A stretch of 36,851 bases of DNA from Catajapyx aquilonaris (lineage: Eukaryota). The notes below the pieces were generated by a model. The model was given only the letters and a program-made list of their open reading frames with translations, ran no database searches and was not told where the DNA came from. A program made the translations under genes and the position numbers. Every line of letters starts with the position of its first letter. Positions within the stretch are counted from its first letter, which is position 1. Below, piece by piece: positions 1 to 13,101 of the stretch. Location: contig JYFJ02003869.1 of the NCBI GenBank assembly GCA_000934665.2, positions 1 through 36,851 on the forward strand, given 5' to 3'.

Positions 1-2
1 TT

Positions 3-300
3 TTCTTGAAATTCGGTGCATTGGTAGCCCCCAAAAAGGGGTAACTGGGTCATTTTGAGCAGGTCACTTTATGTGCGTTTTTCATCCCTTGGGGTGGCCT
101 ATACTACCAATGTACCGAATTTCAAGGAATTCGGTGAGACCTTGGAAAGTGTCCCTTGTGAGTTCGAGAGGTCATAACTTTTGACCTTGTGGGCATCCGC
201 CTAAATTGTTTGCATTTTCTTGAATAACTTACCTGCCTATATCATTGTCCCAAGTTTCATTCAGAAACTCCACGGACAACACTTACACTTCCCTTGTTAG
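3..300. mobile_element. End fragment of an unclassified non-autonomous DNA element with an internal inverted repeat
   Basis: TTCTTGAAATTCGGTGCATTGGTAG (3-27) is nearly the reverse complement of CTACCAATGTACCGAATTTCAAGGA (~104-128). CCCTTGTGAG (~153-162) and CCCTTGTTAG (291-300) repeat. Probably truncated by the window start. Confidence 0.45.
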
Positions 301-605
301 CTGTCATGAGTGCCATCGCTTTCCATCATTTATCACCTAAAATTAACGAAGATAAGGCTACACTCTGTAGTTTTCGGAAAGGGAATCTCCCGCCCAAGGT
401 GATTCCAAATTAGGTCTGATGGGGTGGTTCGCTTACGGCTCTGTTCCAAGCTCGCCGCGGAAGACACTAATCGCGATCTACTTGCTGTGATCTAAGTAGC
501 GGCGAAACACTATGACCAAATAAGCGAGTATGAGTAAATCATAAAAATGTTGGATAGGGTCAAAGCGAGTTACTCACGTATAGCAATACTTGCATTCAGT
601 TTAAG

Positions 606-732
606 ATAGAGGGAAAGTCACCAAAGTAAGTGATTGCGATTCCACTACTCCACGTCGCGCCGCGCCGTCTCTAGTATGCAGCACTTCCCTGACTTAGAGG
701 TCGGGGTACGACCTTGGTGACTTTTCCTCTAT
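606..732. mobile_element. Small MITE, about 125 bp
   Basis: Terminal inverted repeats (TIRs) ATAGAGGGAAAGTCACCAA (606-624) and TTGGTGACTTTTCCTCTAT (714-732), one mismatch. No coding capacity. Confidence 0.65.
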
Positions 733-807
733 GGGTCATTTTGGTGTGTGTATTTCTTCTCAAATGTTGGTAAGGCTAGGTTAATGTACATTAAAGTAAG
801 TTAACTA

Positions 808-1411
808 CAGGGTGGACGGAAAGTTTCGGACCCCCCCCCCCCCCAGATTTGGGATTTTAATGTGTCTCCTTGGAGGAGTCATTCTCAATGTGGAAATGTG
901 TCATGTTGATTAATTTACCAAGGTAGGACTGTTTACTGTCCTTTCGCAACATTTTTTTAAAAGTAAAAATGGAGATAAATGTGATGGTACCAATGTGAGA
1001 ATTCGAAAGTAATGCATCCGGGTCCGCCATTTAATGCATTCCTTTTCAAATTTTTATTGGACCAGGTTATAGACCAATGCGAAAAATAAGGTCAGGAGTG
1101 AGTTAACAACATTTGCGTGAAGGGGAACTCATGGAAAAGGGTCATAAAAACCTTATCTGACGCAGAATATGACCAGGTGTCCTCCAAGGCAACAAGCAAA
1201 ATAAACGCAAAACAGATAGGATGTTTAGATGAGTCACAGAGGCGAAGTTATTAATGGAATTGCGAGAGCGAAGGTGCTCAGATGTTCTCAAGATTATACT
1301 TCAAAAGATGGTGTACATTAGAACTACTTGTGGACTTTTAAAAGATGTGAAAAGACGCTGTGAAAAGTAGGGTTTAAAAACCTGGGGGNCCGAAACTTTC
1401 AGTCCACCCTG
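808..1411. mobile_element. Tc1/mariner-type MITE, 604 bp
   Basis: TIRs CAGGGTGGACGGAAAGTTTCGGACCCCC and GGGGGNCCGAAACTTTCAGTCCACCCTG, flanked by TA on both sides (806-807, 1412-1413). No transposase ORF. Confidence 0.85.
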
Positions 1412-2626
1412 TACTTCATATTGAATCCATTAGGTTTGGGAGGTCAGGTTAGGTAAGGGTAAAGTAGATCAAAATAACCATCATTACGTTGTTATACACG
1501 TATTAGTAGCAGGAGATTATATATGGGCATTTAAATAGTTGCACGCAATTATTTTGACTCACGTGAATGTTATTCGAAGGTGTTACTGCTATTGAAGCTT
1601 TTTAGCTATTTGCATTATAATCTATACCATACCATCCATACCAGATAACCACGAGCTCTGGCTAAGCCACATTATCCTATGACTTATGCAACCTAACACA
1701 CTTCATACTTTCTCTTCCACTCGCTCCTTTGGTGCTCCTTTCCAGCATGAAGTCAGCTAGTCGCCACTCGCCAGAATGTCGCCAGCAGCCCCTGGACACT
1801 TCTATCCTGGCGCAATAGAAAAGGCCGATCCGTTATTCCTTCCCGCAGCGGCGCTAGTAAAAACAATGGAATTTCGCTGTGCGTGTCGTTCATTCGCCAT
1901 CACTTCGCCATAACTAGCGACCCTCCTCCCGATTACTAGGTTTATCAGCGATCCCCCTCCCAATTACTACCGATAGCGTATACCAAGATGGCCGCAATAT
2001 GTGAGATGTTCACGATCCAGGTCACATCATGGCGACCTCCAGTCAGCGCCACGGCGGGATTGAGTAACGGAACGCAAGATGGCGGGGAGTTTCCCGACCT
2101 CTCCTTCCAAGACCGTGGTCGCCAGTGTGGGATCCACGGTGGGAGCAAAGCCGAAAGTCGCATTATTTTTGGAGGGGAAGGTTCGAGGCACCTTCTTGGA
2201 TACGGCGAAAGATGGCGTTGAAATACATTACGCGACTCAGCAGAAGAATATACAGCGCCATGCTCAAATATTTCTTTGTGGTCCTTGCCATGATTTTCTC
2301 ATAGACTCCTGATCTATTCGTGCAAAATTAAGTTGCAAGAATAAATAATTCACGCTGTATAATAAACACAAGCCTATGCGTGACTGAGAAAAGTTGACAT
2401 CCAGCGCCCTAATTTATGAGTGATTAATTTTACAGTCATGTACACTGTAGTGTACACATTGTACAATATACTGTATAGGAAATCACTGTCCCTAGAAGTT
2501 ATAAGCAACACATTTTACTATTGGAAGCACAATGAAAAATGCGATATAGAAATAAATTTATATAAATTAATGATATAAATATACGATAAAAATCCAACAT
2601 CTACTGATAGATTAATATAAATAATG

Positions 2627-2884
2627 AACTGAAGCGGTTGGTGTGGTGGTTAAGGAGTCCGACTGCTAATCGGGAGGTCCTCGGTTCGAATCCCGGGGCC
2701 GGCGACCCTGACTGTGGTTTTCTGTGGTTTTCCACGGTCCCCCCAGGATAATTCCGCGGTCGCTTCTGTACAATAGGTCACAGCCGCTTCATTCCCTATC
2801 CTTGGCCCCATCCAATGGTGGTATTCCACCCCCTTAATGGATCGCCGATTCTCCCAATAGGGTATAAATAAATAATAATAATAA
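2627..2884 (+). mobile_element. tRNA-derived SINE, head type A
   Basis: A-box TGGTGTGGTGG, anticodon-like arm CCGA-CTGCTAA-TCGG, B-box GGTTCGAATCC, central GGTTTTCTGTGGTTTTCCACGGTCC domain, 3' stem-loop ending GGGTA, then (TAAA/TAA)n. 16-bp target-site duplication (TSD) ATTAATATAAATAATG at 2611-2626 and 2885-2900. Confidence 0.9.
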
Positions 2885-5800
2885 ATTAATATAAATAATG
2901 CCTGAGGCCAAGTTATTGTATTCCTAAGAAAACTGGAGCCAACATTCCACATCGCCATTGAGTGACAAATGAAACACTGAAACTAGTAGGGTGTGCCCTG
3001 ACCATGTCCTGACGACACACAACACACACTTTGAACAGTCGATGAAATGTGAGAGTATGATTATACAGTAAATATGAATGTGAAAGTTCATTATGAGCTT
3101 GATGCTCATAAGTAATGTAGAACTCATTATAATGCCAGGATTTTTCCCTGACTCTCATGATCCTGGTGGTTTCAAAGACAGCTTTCAGCAAATTTTGTTT
3201 AGTCGTTTGTTCAAGTCTATAATTATATCTAGAAGACAGCAATGCGTGGCAACAATAACTCACTCACCCCTTGGGTTTGGTCAGTTTGGTAGATGGGGGA
3301 ATATGGAGGGAAAGCGGTTGGGGAGAGGGAGGAGGGTGAGGGCTATTTACAGAACATTTGGCTGACCTCTGGGGACAAGATGGTGCGCATGGGGCAGGGG
3401 GGTTAGACCATGTTGCAGTTCCATACTCTCCATTCGGAATTTACTGAGCTTATAGTGGCTTACATCACTTTCCTGCCGCCACAAGTGTTGTATTTTTTGT
3501 CCTCCTGCAAAGTCCCTGCTAGCAGATGCTTCTAGTGAGGATTCTCTAGCTTACGCTTTCTCATTGGTTACCAGCATACTATCTAAGTGTTGTTGAGTGC
3601 GGTACTTCTGACTAACAGTCGGACGAAAAACCCACACATTTTCTTTAGTAATGATAGGCTACATGCAGCTTTGGTAACGTAACGCTTTTATTTTAACTCA
3701 GTTCTGTAGCGTCAATATGGCCTGGCGGGGAGAAAGACTTCCGGCTAATTTAGGCATACTGAATAAAGTGGAATATAAAAGATCTCACAATAAGAAGCCA
3801 CAGGGCCATCACTTGGTATTCTATTATAATGATAATAACGGTACTCTGTATATTTAGAAAGTAAATTAGTTTCCACCTGGAAGACTTTTATGTTTTATTC
3901 AAATTACTTCAATAAGTGATGTTGGCTCAGCACATAAAAATTATTTTCCTGGAGGGACGCTAGAACTCTACCTGCAGAACATATCTCTCGCCCTTTGCAT
4001 CTCCCAGTACAATCTGACAGTCACACAGACCTACTCCCTGCTGGCCATTTTAAAGGTGTTATTTTAAAGGTTTTTTAAAAGGTCATATATACTGTAGTAT
4101 GCGACTAGGAGGTCCACTTGTTTTGTCTTCCTCAATTACATGAAATTTAACAGGTCCTCCTTTCATTTTTGTGGGCGAAATGAACGAAACCCTTAGGGAG
4201 CGTTGCTTACCTCCCATCTGCTGCTTTGGCCTTTTTGCGACCGTTAACCACCAGGCAGCACCTGCTCTTTCTTTGCCACCCTGAAACCCACCCAGTGCAG
4301 GGTTGCATTTCTTTTCTTCACACTCGCAAAATACCAGTCTTAGAAAAAATGCAATGTTTTAGCTAACAGGCAACTCGCTCATTTTAAATAGGCAAGTAGC
4401 CTATATGTATATGTCGCTTTTACAGTGTCATATTACCGTTTGCAGAAAAAGTTAAATCACCTAGCTGTCGTAGATGACAGGAATGTGAATATGACATACG
4501 TATGTTGAATGGACCACTGAGAAAAGTGATTAAAATAATAAATTGCTGCAACTTTTCACAGCCGAATTGACTAATTAGTATAAATGCAAGGATTAAGTAT
4601 TATCAATATTGTTCTAACAAATTGTGTCACATGATATGAGATAAAGTTAGGTAATCGCATCTGGTTTAAAATGGACCATTATGACTTTTACTGTACGTTA
4701 TGGTCCTTCATGTGGTATTCAGAAGCCATATTTGCGGAATTATTATCAGGTTCGAAAAAGACACTAGCTATATACATGTGAACCATGTGAAGTACGTTGT
4801 CAGTTTATTAAGGGCATAATGAGTTGTAAATTTTTTATCCATCTGACCTGCGTACGAAGGCAGGTGGCACAGAAGACCTGCCTTATCCAGCAGGGGTAGT
4901 CGAATTCCTGTTCCTCTCCTTTGTACTCAACCCCTCCTCTTTTTACGACCCCCATGCCCTTTAAAACTAGAGACGGTGTTGATTGGAACAGGTTCGCGTG
5001 CGACTCAAATACAGCTGCAATATATTCGCCAATGACCTATATCTGGTGCTTTTGATTCACTTCATTTCGAGGCATCAGATCTTTGGAGCCTTCCGTATGA
5101 AATCTCACAATTGCGAGATACTGGACGAGTAGACGTCAGTATGTAACGTTATGACCAAAGAATGAGGCTCACGTCAGTTTAATGTTACTTTGAATGTATG
5201 TGAAATGATATGTCAAGTCCTGTAGTGATTGTACGCTCTACGTAATATTCAATGGCAAGACAAAATAGGTCACACGTTGGAAAAGAGGAAATTGCTAATT
5301 GCTGCGAACAAAGCGGTTTCCTTGTCTATTTATAAACCTTTCTCTCTTCTGACAAACACTGAAAACCTTATGCGCATAACCTCCCTACATGTATGGCACA
5401 GTGCTGTACCAGTATATGTCAAGTTACTTCACCAAAAATGCTACATGCATGCAATTTTGGAGATAGGATATGAATATATACATTTAAATTATTCCTCATT
5501 CTAAACGATTTAATTCACATCGCAGAAGATTTATTGGCCAATCCGAACAGGTAGAAGTTTCAGTTAATTTCCATACTGTATAAATAGATTACCTACGCGT
5601 CTTTTCCAGCCACATATATAGCATAGTATGTTGGCCTGTAGACTGCCAATATCAAACAACATGCTGCATCAAAGGAATCTCCAGGTAATAACTCGTTAGA
5701 ATAAGCTGTTTACATATTATGTTAGGACTCTACAGTATCAAGAGCTAGTATATACGTTAGAACTGCCATAATTGTTATTAAAAACAACCTCTCTACCCAG

Positions 5801-8799
5801 TGGTCCTGCAACCATTTGTTAGCACGAGATTTCTTCTGTGCTATGTCTGGATTGTGTCCTGAGACAGTTAGCTAAAGCTTGGTGAACTAGCCCTGCTGAT
5901 GGTAAGCTGAGAGGGGTTTGAGGATGGGAGCCTGTACTAATGACTCTGGCTGAGGCAGAGCACGTGGTGGCCACACGCCACGCCATGCAGGGATCCAGAG
6001 AGCGCTCCACCCTTCCCCCGGGCCATTTGGCAAGCAGGCCTATCCACCACCTGCCACTGGTCGGCTGCTGCCTGCCTGCCTGCCTGAAACATGGACACCA
6101 GTTTCCCTTGGTTTTGTCTTTCAGTCAAGGCTGTCCAATAAGTTCGTTTCCGCCTACGCAGCCTCACACCCTGTCACCCGCATCTGCAACATAGTAGAGA
6201 CAAACTGACAGAATAATACTGATGCGGAGATTTTGAGCAGCACGTTTTCGTGTAGTTATTCATGCAGATATATAGCAATAATATTTGCTTATCTGTGTCC
6301 TAAAACGTAGTGTACTGTACCTCTCATTCCCATTCTTCTATTGGAATATTGAATAGTGAAAAGTCAGCGTTTTCTATGTCGATGTTGTATTCATTTTAAA
6401 AATGGCCTCACCTTATATCGAGTTATCGGCCCAAACTTGGTAAGAGGCAGCAGATGGTCAGAGAGAGTGCTGATTACCTTTAAATGCATTAGTGTCGCCA
6501 ACAGGTATAGCCTGTGGAATTTGCTGCTATTTATTATTATTATTTTTAAAGGCCAGAAACTGGTTGCCATGATCAGCGGAATTTGTTGCAAATGATACGG
6601 CTGTCGCCTTGCAGCACCTTGTACACATTTTACTGTAATTTGCTAATATCGCATTTATTCTTCCCTCTTTTTGTAAAAGACGGCATAGGAGCTAGTTCTA
6701 GTAAAAAGCGCGCGACGGAGGGCTGGAGGGGAGTGGCAAGAACGAAGAAGAGAGGAGACCACATTCATGGAACTGGTTGAACTTAATAGGTGATACTGTT
6801 ATACACGTTTGTATGCGCTACCTGCTGTGTAAGCCTGTGCACAAGCACATAAAAAATATGAGACCTCAAATAGCAATACATGGACTGTACAATAGTGCTA
6901 ATATTTTGTAGCCTTAAGTGCTCAATTAATTTATGAGCTTTCTTAATCTTTAAGTAGCACCCACATGTCTGTATTTCAGAGACCAATTCAGTTCCGAATC
7001 GCAATAAGTCCAATTTCTCATATCAATTCCAATGAATTCCACGGGTTATAGTAGGCTAACAGTATTTGAGTATCTGCATAAAAATAATTTAACTTAACAG
7101 CTAAAATAGTTAAAGTAATAATCATCTTAGATTCAGTACAAGGTACAAAATTAATTTGGCCTATGACACAACATTGTGCAGTTTACAATGAAATGTTGAA
7201 TGCAAACAGAGAGGAGTGACTTTTTGTCACTGGTTAAACCCGAAATGGGAAAATGGAAAGGTACTGTACCTTTTGTAGTTTGTAGTAATAAGTAGTTTAT
7301 TGTAAAAATGCAGCTTTTCAAAAAATATATACCTTACAGTAAGTTATTTGCGATCTCGTAGAGACCAAAAGTCCATGGGCTGTACAACACTAGTGGAAAG
7401 TCGATCAGCTTTCCTACACTATCTTACACCGTTTCAGGTAAGTTAGTCGCATTTTTCATGTTACTGTCTTGTTCATTAATATTATTTATTTATTTATTTC
7501 AATGTAACCTGTAGCTCTCGGGAAAATAGCTCAGTAAAAAACGACTTGTGTTATTTTCAAGTACAGATTACACTTATGGCCCAGCAGTTTTCCTTATTGC
7601 CTACTCCGTGCAGCAGGACATTTTAGGACAGGAATTTTCAGTCGGAAACCAAAAATGGGTCATTCGCCTCGTTACTGAAAAATAAATGGAGTTTGATAGT
7701 AATCGGGGCACAACCCAAACCGTTTGAACTAATCAGTGCTGCAGGGAAGCGAGCAGCCCGGTGCCATCATTAGATGTAAAAGAAATCGGTTCACAGATAC
7801 CAATACTTTAGTCTAGTAGACTGATATACTGTATGTAAGCTCATTAAATGGCTGTTCTTGAGATAGTGAAGCTATCCAATGATTGTGCTGACCAACTTTG
7901 CCACTACAGCATTGTTTTAAAATCTTGTGACTGTATGTATACGTACCGGTATATTATATTACAGCCAGCAATATTGCAGCAGTAAGACATATAATCTGGA
8001 TGAAAACACGAGAGAGAAAATCTGTTTTTAGGCTGGTACAGTTCTGTACATTAGATACTAGTACAGTACATTATAAAGTGTAACACAACTATAGTGTATA
8101 CTGTATGTAGCCTACAGTAATATGCGACACTTGCATCAATTTTAGTAACATGCTACGGTATTTTATTTTCCCAGCGTTTTCTGCGTTTCTATATTAAGAT
8201 AAGATGTACTACACATCGCAATGCACAGTAGCTATACTTAAATGCCCACTGATGTGTGTATTGCAAATAACTCTTCTAACATTTCTCGAGCTCATGCATA
8301 AAATCAAAAGGGAGTTTTGTGCATTTTAGTCCCACTTAATCCCATCTTTAATTATTATTACAAAGCAGTACTGTCTTGTGTTCTCTTATCTCCTGCATAG
8401 GACCATGTAGGCCAGCAAAATACGGTCTGGGGGATTGACGCAACTGCTCGTCACTCGAAGGGAAGCTAGAACTGTATAGTCGGCACATCAAAGAAAACTT
8501 CACCGGAAGTTAGCAATTTTGTCTGCGAGAGTGGTATGGCCTACGTGGAAATGGATGTAGAGTTCTGGTGTTGTAGGCCTACAGTACGCCTTGCGCATTG
8601 AGGTGCCCGAAAGGTATCCTACAAGGTGGTCCATAGACCAGTAAGGCCACCTTAATGAACAAGACTTTTTTCTACGCTTACCTATTAACTAATTTTACTG
8701 AATTACTTTATGGTTGGGAAATTTCAACCTTCTCTTCAAAAATGTAAAAAATGGTTTTTAATTCACCGTATAAGTTAAGTGTGTTTTTATCTATTTGTT

Positions 8800-8996
8800 A
8801 TGGGAAGGCGGATTGGCTGTAACGCTCGCTCCCACGAAGAAAAAGGTCGCGGGTTCGATTTCAAGCCCGGAATCTTCTTTCTTCATTTCTTGCGAAATTG
8901 GGTCTTCACCTGTACCTGCACCTGCACATATCCCCTCACAGAAAATCCTCCCTCGCTCGCGGTATACTCGGGCGTTACGGAAAAAACAAAGCTTGT
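8800..8996 (+). mobile_element. Degenerate tRNA-derived SINE related to head type B
   Basis: GTAACGCTCGCTCCCACG..AAGGTCGCGGGTTCGATTTC resembles the head of the 27614-27963 element. It shares the internal TGCAC..TGCAC..CCCCTC motif and has an A-rich end. Boundaries are approximate. Confidence 0.55.
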
Positions 8997-11958
8997 ACAA
9001 AATTATACAACAGACAAAATTTTGGAGTCATAATAATTATATTAAATTATGCTGAATATATATGTCATGTGCTGCCATAAGTTGATTGCATTCGAGAAAA
9101 CAGAAAAGTAGCCTAATTATGGGACCTGGCCTTATTTGGGCCACCTATCGTAGAGGTATAACGCCTATGTTGAAGGCCACCAATTGACTATCAATGTACA
9201 AATGTACAATGTTACAAGCAAAGGCTCGCTGCAGCTGAATATCATGCATATAAACTGTCTTCACTATGTCCTGGATGAAACGATGATGTACGGGAAGCTT
9301 TTCTCGTGACACTATACCGAGTTCTAGGCTAATCTGATTCTTGTAAGCCTGATCTAATTAAGTGTCTTATTTTACGTCGTGATGGAATGCAATCCAAAAA
9401 TTGGGCACTAGGTATTTCCATTCAAGAGACCATTCTCATTTGAAAAACCGGTTAGGGTGATGAAATACACTGTATAAAAAATATATAAAGGAGAAATTGC
9501 CTCCGAGGTAATAAAATGTATATCCAGAGCCTACTCGTGTAATTCGAGCTAAAATAATGATGATGTAGACAATGTTTTATTATTTGCTCTTGGTGGTAGA
9601 ACCACCTCATGCAAATGAACACCTGCGATGTCTCTGTTTTGTTTAGAGGCGACAGCATCCAGATTCATGCATCATTGGCAAACAAATAAATTAATATTAG
9701 TGCGATTAGTGTATACAGAAATGTTGCGGTGTATATGTGAGAGTTGCACTTGTGAAATTTCATGGAATCAATATTGAACTTTTCCTGTGCCAAACTAGAA
9801 AATGCTGAAATGTGAGCTCCAGTAAAGGATGCACGGCAGCGAGAGACGTAAGAGTAAGGGAGAGAAGGGGCTAGTCCGGGTCAGTGGATGTGGAAGGGGC
9901 TTAGACTTGACGGATGCACTGCCGTGCATCTGTGCATCTTGATCTACTTATAGATTTGCCTCCGACGAACACAGAATATTACACTAGGCTACATATCAAA
10001 AATGTTACCGGTACTAAAGCACATTTATCTAAATACAAGTATTGTTGCCAATAGGAAGGTGACAATTCGACATGATACCACTATCCATCACGCACTATTT
10101 CCAATGCACCAATCGATTAAAATAACTCCACATGAGAGTGAGCTCGTAGAAATCTGATAATATTGCCTATAGACAATTTTGGAACTGATATTAAAATTAC
10201 AATATTAAATCCAGCAAAGGGCAGAGCGGTAACCAACCAGTCCGTGGCTGTAATCCTTTGAAGTCTCACACCAGAATGCTAGAATGCTCTCTCTGGCCAA
10301 AGTCTATCATGGTATCCTACGATTGCAATACTTCAGATAAAAAATTTAATCCTTTCCTGTTTACCCAGCTACAGCACAAGATAACACGGATAACGAGTAA
10401 TTCGCACTAGAGTATCATATTATAACTGCCACTATATGCATGCATTGTCGCCTATCAATGCTTTGTAAAACATTTTTTTATATAATTTCCCGTAAACATA
10501 AGGAAACGAAAATATACTTACTGCTCGTATAGCTAATGTACTGTACCTGCATATTACGTAGGTTGGTAGAGGCCTACCTCAACCCTGCATTCCTACAGAC
10601 CTTTTGTTGTCATTTCAAGAGTAGACCCTTTTTGTGAACCACCTCCCAAAAATTCCTTTCTTTGTACTCATTGTGAAAAAGGGCAAGGTCACACTAAACA
10701 AAACATCCTCTGGTTTTCCGCGCCGTTTCTCTCGGTTCCTCTATACTTGAGCCTGTGCATGTCTACTTACGTTAGATCAAGCCATTGCAATATTGACACT
10801 GTTGAAGTACCTCGAGTACAGTGATTCATTATTGTTAATACTATAATTTAAAAATATGCATACACAGCACATGCACTGACAGTAAATTATTATACGCTAC
10901 AGAACTTTGCGTTACACGTAATGGATGGAAGCAATTAAGGTCTTCAAAATTGTATGAAAAAAGCAACTGTATTAAATATTGTGGAAGATAAAAGCAATGA
11001 ATAGATACGAGAGATATGCCAGAGCAGCCCATTTTATAATATTGTTTTGTTGGTTTAGTAGCTCAAAATAATAAGTTCCCCATGGCCCCACAGGATATAA
11101 ACAGAATTAATTAGTCTTACATTTAAATTAATAAACCAGTTATCTTCATAATAATGATCTCACGTTTATGTCTGTTCTTTTGTACAAAATTTGACAAATA
11201 CACATGCATACATTACAAAATATTACAACATGTACACACATCCGCTGCGCAGAATTTCACAAAAATTCCCGCTCATTTTACGTCCCCAACATTAAATAAA
11301 TTACCCTGCAGAGTAAGTTAGCATACAGTATGTGGAACAAACACACGTCTCTATCATTCCACATACACACTGTTTTTACTCGCCATTCAAAGTATTCCAC
11401 ACCACATCTCTCCCACTTTGGCGAACAACTAAAAAAAACCAAAAAAAAATATTTTCGCAACAGACTAGTAAACAACGACGACAAAGTGTCAAAATAGTCA
11501 GTCGACTGGCACTCAGAACACATTTTGTATCGAAGTACAACATTAACAGCAGGTAAACAAAGGCACTCACTTGTCAGTCAAGATTTTTTGGAAGCGCGAG
11601 ACACCCTGCTCATAGATTCGGATTGGCACGCTGACACAGGCCAGTCCTGTGCACCCAAGCATAACATCGCAATTTTTTGAGGTATCAATATGTTTTAAAA
11701 ATATTATTTATGTATATTGTTTAACAATTTAGAAAGAAGCCATGCACCCAATATACCATGAACATCACTGCATTATTGTAGCCAATATACAGCAATTTAC
11801 AAGTACGCACCCGCACCACATTTGGCGGGAAATTGCGAAAATTTGACTACAAAAGAATAGGATGACGAACGTTCAGGGTACATATCTGCATCTAGCACAT
11901 TTGAATGTAATTAACTTAATTGCTTGGGTGAGGAGTCACTAGAATTAAGGCACAAATT

Positions 11959-12383
11959 TTAGTGCAATCCTGCACATTCTGGTCGCCTTCGAATTTTTAA
12001 CTCTGAAAGCGTTAGAGCCACCCACTCATTTTGATCTCGATTGAACCAAGTGATCCCCACATAGTCTCCATTGAGGTTAGCATGCTGGCATTGTCCGAAC
12101 CACCACCCTCCGTCATAGGCATCTGCACAGTTTGTCCCACTCGTGTCGTGGTCAGCATCCTTGGTGCTGAATCGCATGTCCTGATGGTAATCCAAAGCAT
12201 CACTGGCATTTCCTTGATATCCTTCCACGTGAAGACGGTACTGAGACTCTTCGTCACCGACGACAAACATGTTGTAGTTTGCATTCCACCTCTTTCCGTA
12301 CAGATCGCGCATTTGGATTTGGAGTTGAGCACAGCCATCTTTGGTCAGGTGATGCAATGCCTCGTTTCCGATCCAATACTCGC
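11959..12383 (-). CDS. sca: scabrous orthologue, exon 9 (last): C-terminal part of the FReD
   Basis: Acceptor cccacag|GC GAG TAT TGG. Encodes GEYWIGNEALHHLT...FSTKDADHD...CADAYDGGWWFGQCQHANLNGDYVGITWFNRDQNEWVAL...ECAGLH*. The GGWWF.C.HANLNG..G.TWF....NEW pattern matches my recollection of insect Scabrous. Confidence 0.95.
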
Positions 12384-12473
12384 CTGTGGGTATGAAACAG
12401 TTTGTTAGCTATATGGCTTGATAAGGGTATACGTAGACTATTGTACAAGTCATAATTATGTGGGAGACTGTAC

Positions 12474-12683
12474 CTGCAGGGTCACCAAATCCGCGTTTGT
12501 AGTCATCCCATGATCTGGAGAAGTTTTCTTTGCCGTTGTACCGCCTCTGGATGACAGTCCAGCCTTCTTCGGGACTCATGTCACAAAACACTGAGACAGG
12601 TTCTGGGGATCCTCGAGGGCCAATTGGGTAGAGACCGCTTGGTGGGTGTGATTTAGGAAACACTTGCTTCCAGGCTTCACAGT
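12474..12683 (-). CDS. sca: scabrous orthologue, exon 8: start of the FReD
   Basis: Acceptor tttacag|AC TGT, donor GCA G|gtacag, phase 1/1. Encodes DCEAW...VFCDMSPEEGWTVIQRRYNGKENFSRSWDDYKRGFGDPAG, canonical fibrinogen-domain motifs. Confidence 0.95.
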
Positions 12684-12870
12684 CTGTAAAAATATGGAAC
12701 TTTAGACATTTTCCACGCAAAACATGGAATGCAATTGGTCACATAAAAATGAAGAGTGACAGGTGTATAGATTTCGGGGCAGCTAACCCCAATATTTCTG
12801 GTGCCGTGATAAGAATTATGACCAGGGAAAAGGATTGTAACCATACATCATTAAATCGGTTGGTACATAC

Positions 12871-13015
12871 CGTAAGGGAGAGAATTGACAATTTCTTCGT
12901 AACGATGATGCAGTTCCCCTAGGTTCTTCAGCATCGGAAACAACTTGGAGTAATTTTTGACCGGAAAGAATTGTGGCCAGTCTTGCAGATGGATGTCCAT
13001 ACTGTCCACTTCATT
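12871..13015 (-). CDS. sca: scabrous orthologue, exon 7 (not in the ORF track)
   Basis: Acceptor tcattgcag|AAT, donor TAC G|gtatgt, 145 nt, phase 0/1. Encodes NEVDSMDIHLQDWPQFFPVKNYSKLFPMLKNLGELHHRYEEIVNSLPY(D), like the Y..I...LP.DC junction of Scabrous. Confidence 0.9.
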
Positions 13016-13101
13016 CTGCAATGACATAGTCTATGGGTAAGCATAAACATCGAATGCCAACACCCTTCCAAACAAACCGAAGCAGTGAATCAAATTCGTA
13101 C

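Noticed and set aside
1945..2312. Three overlapping short ORFs in the GC-rich patch
   Set aside because: No recognisable protein motif or convincing exon chain. Expected by chance at this GC content.
2630..2705. Possible tRNA-Ser(GCT) gene, and other tRNA-like segments at 27.9, 33.2 and 35.4 kb
   Set aside because: No proper acceptor stem or long variable arm. Each continues into a SINE body and tail, most with TSDs.
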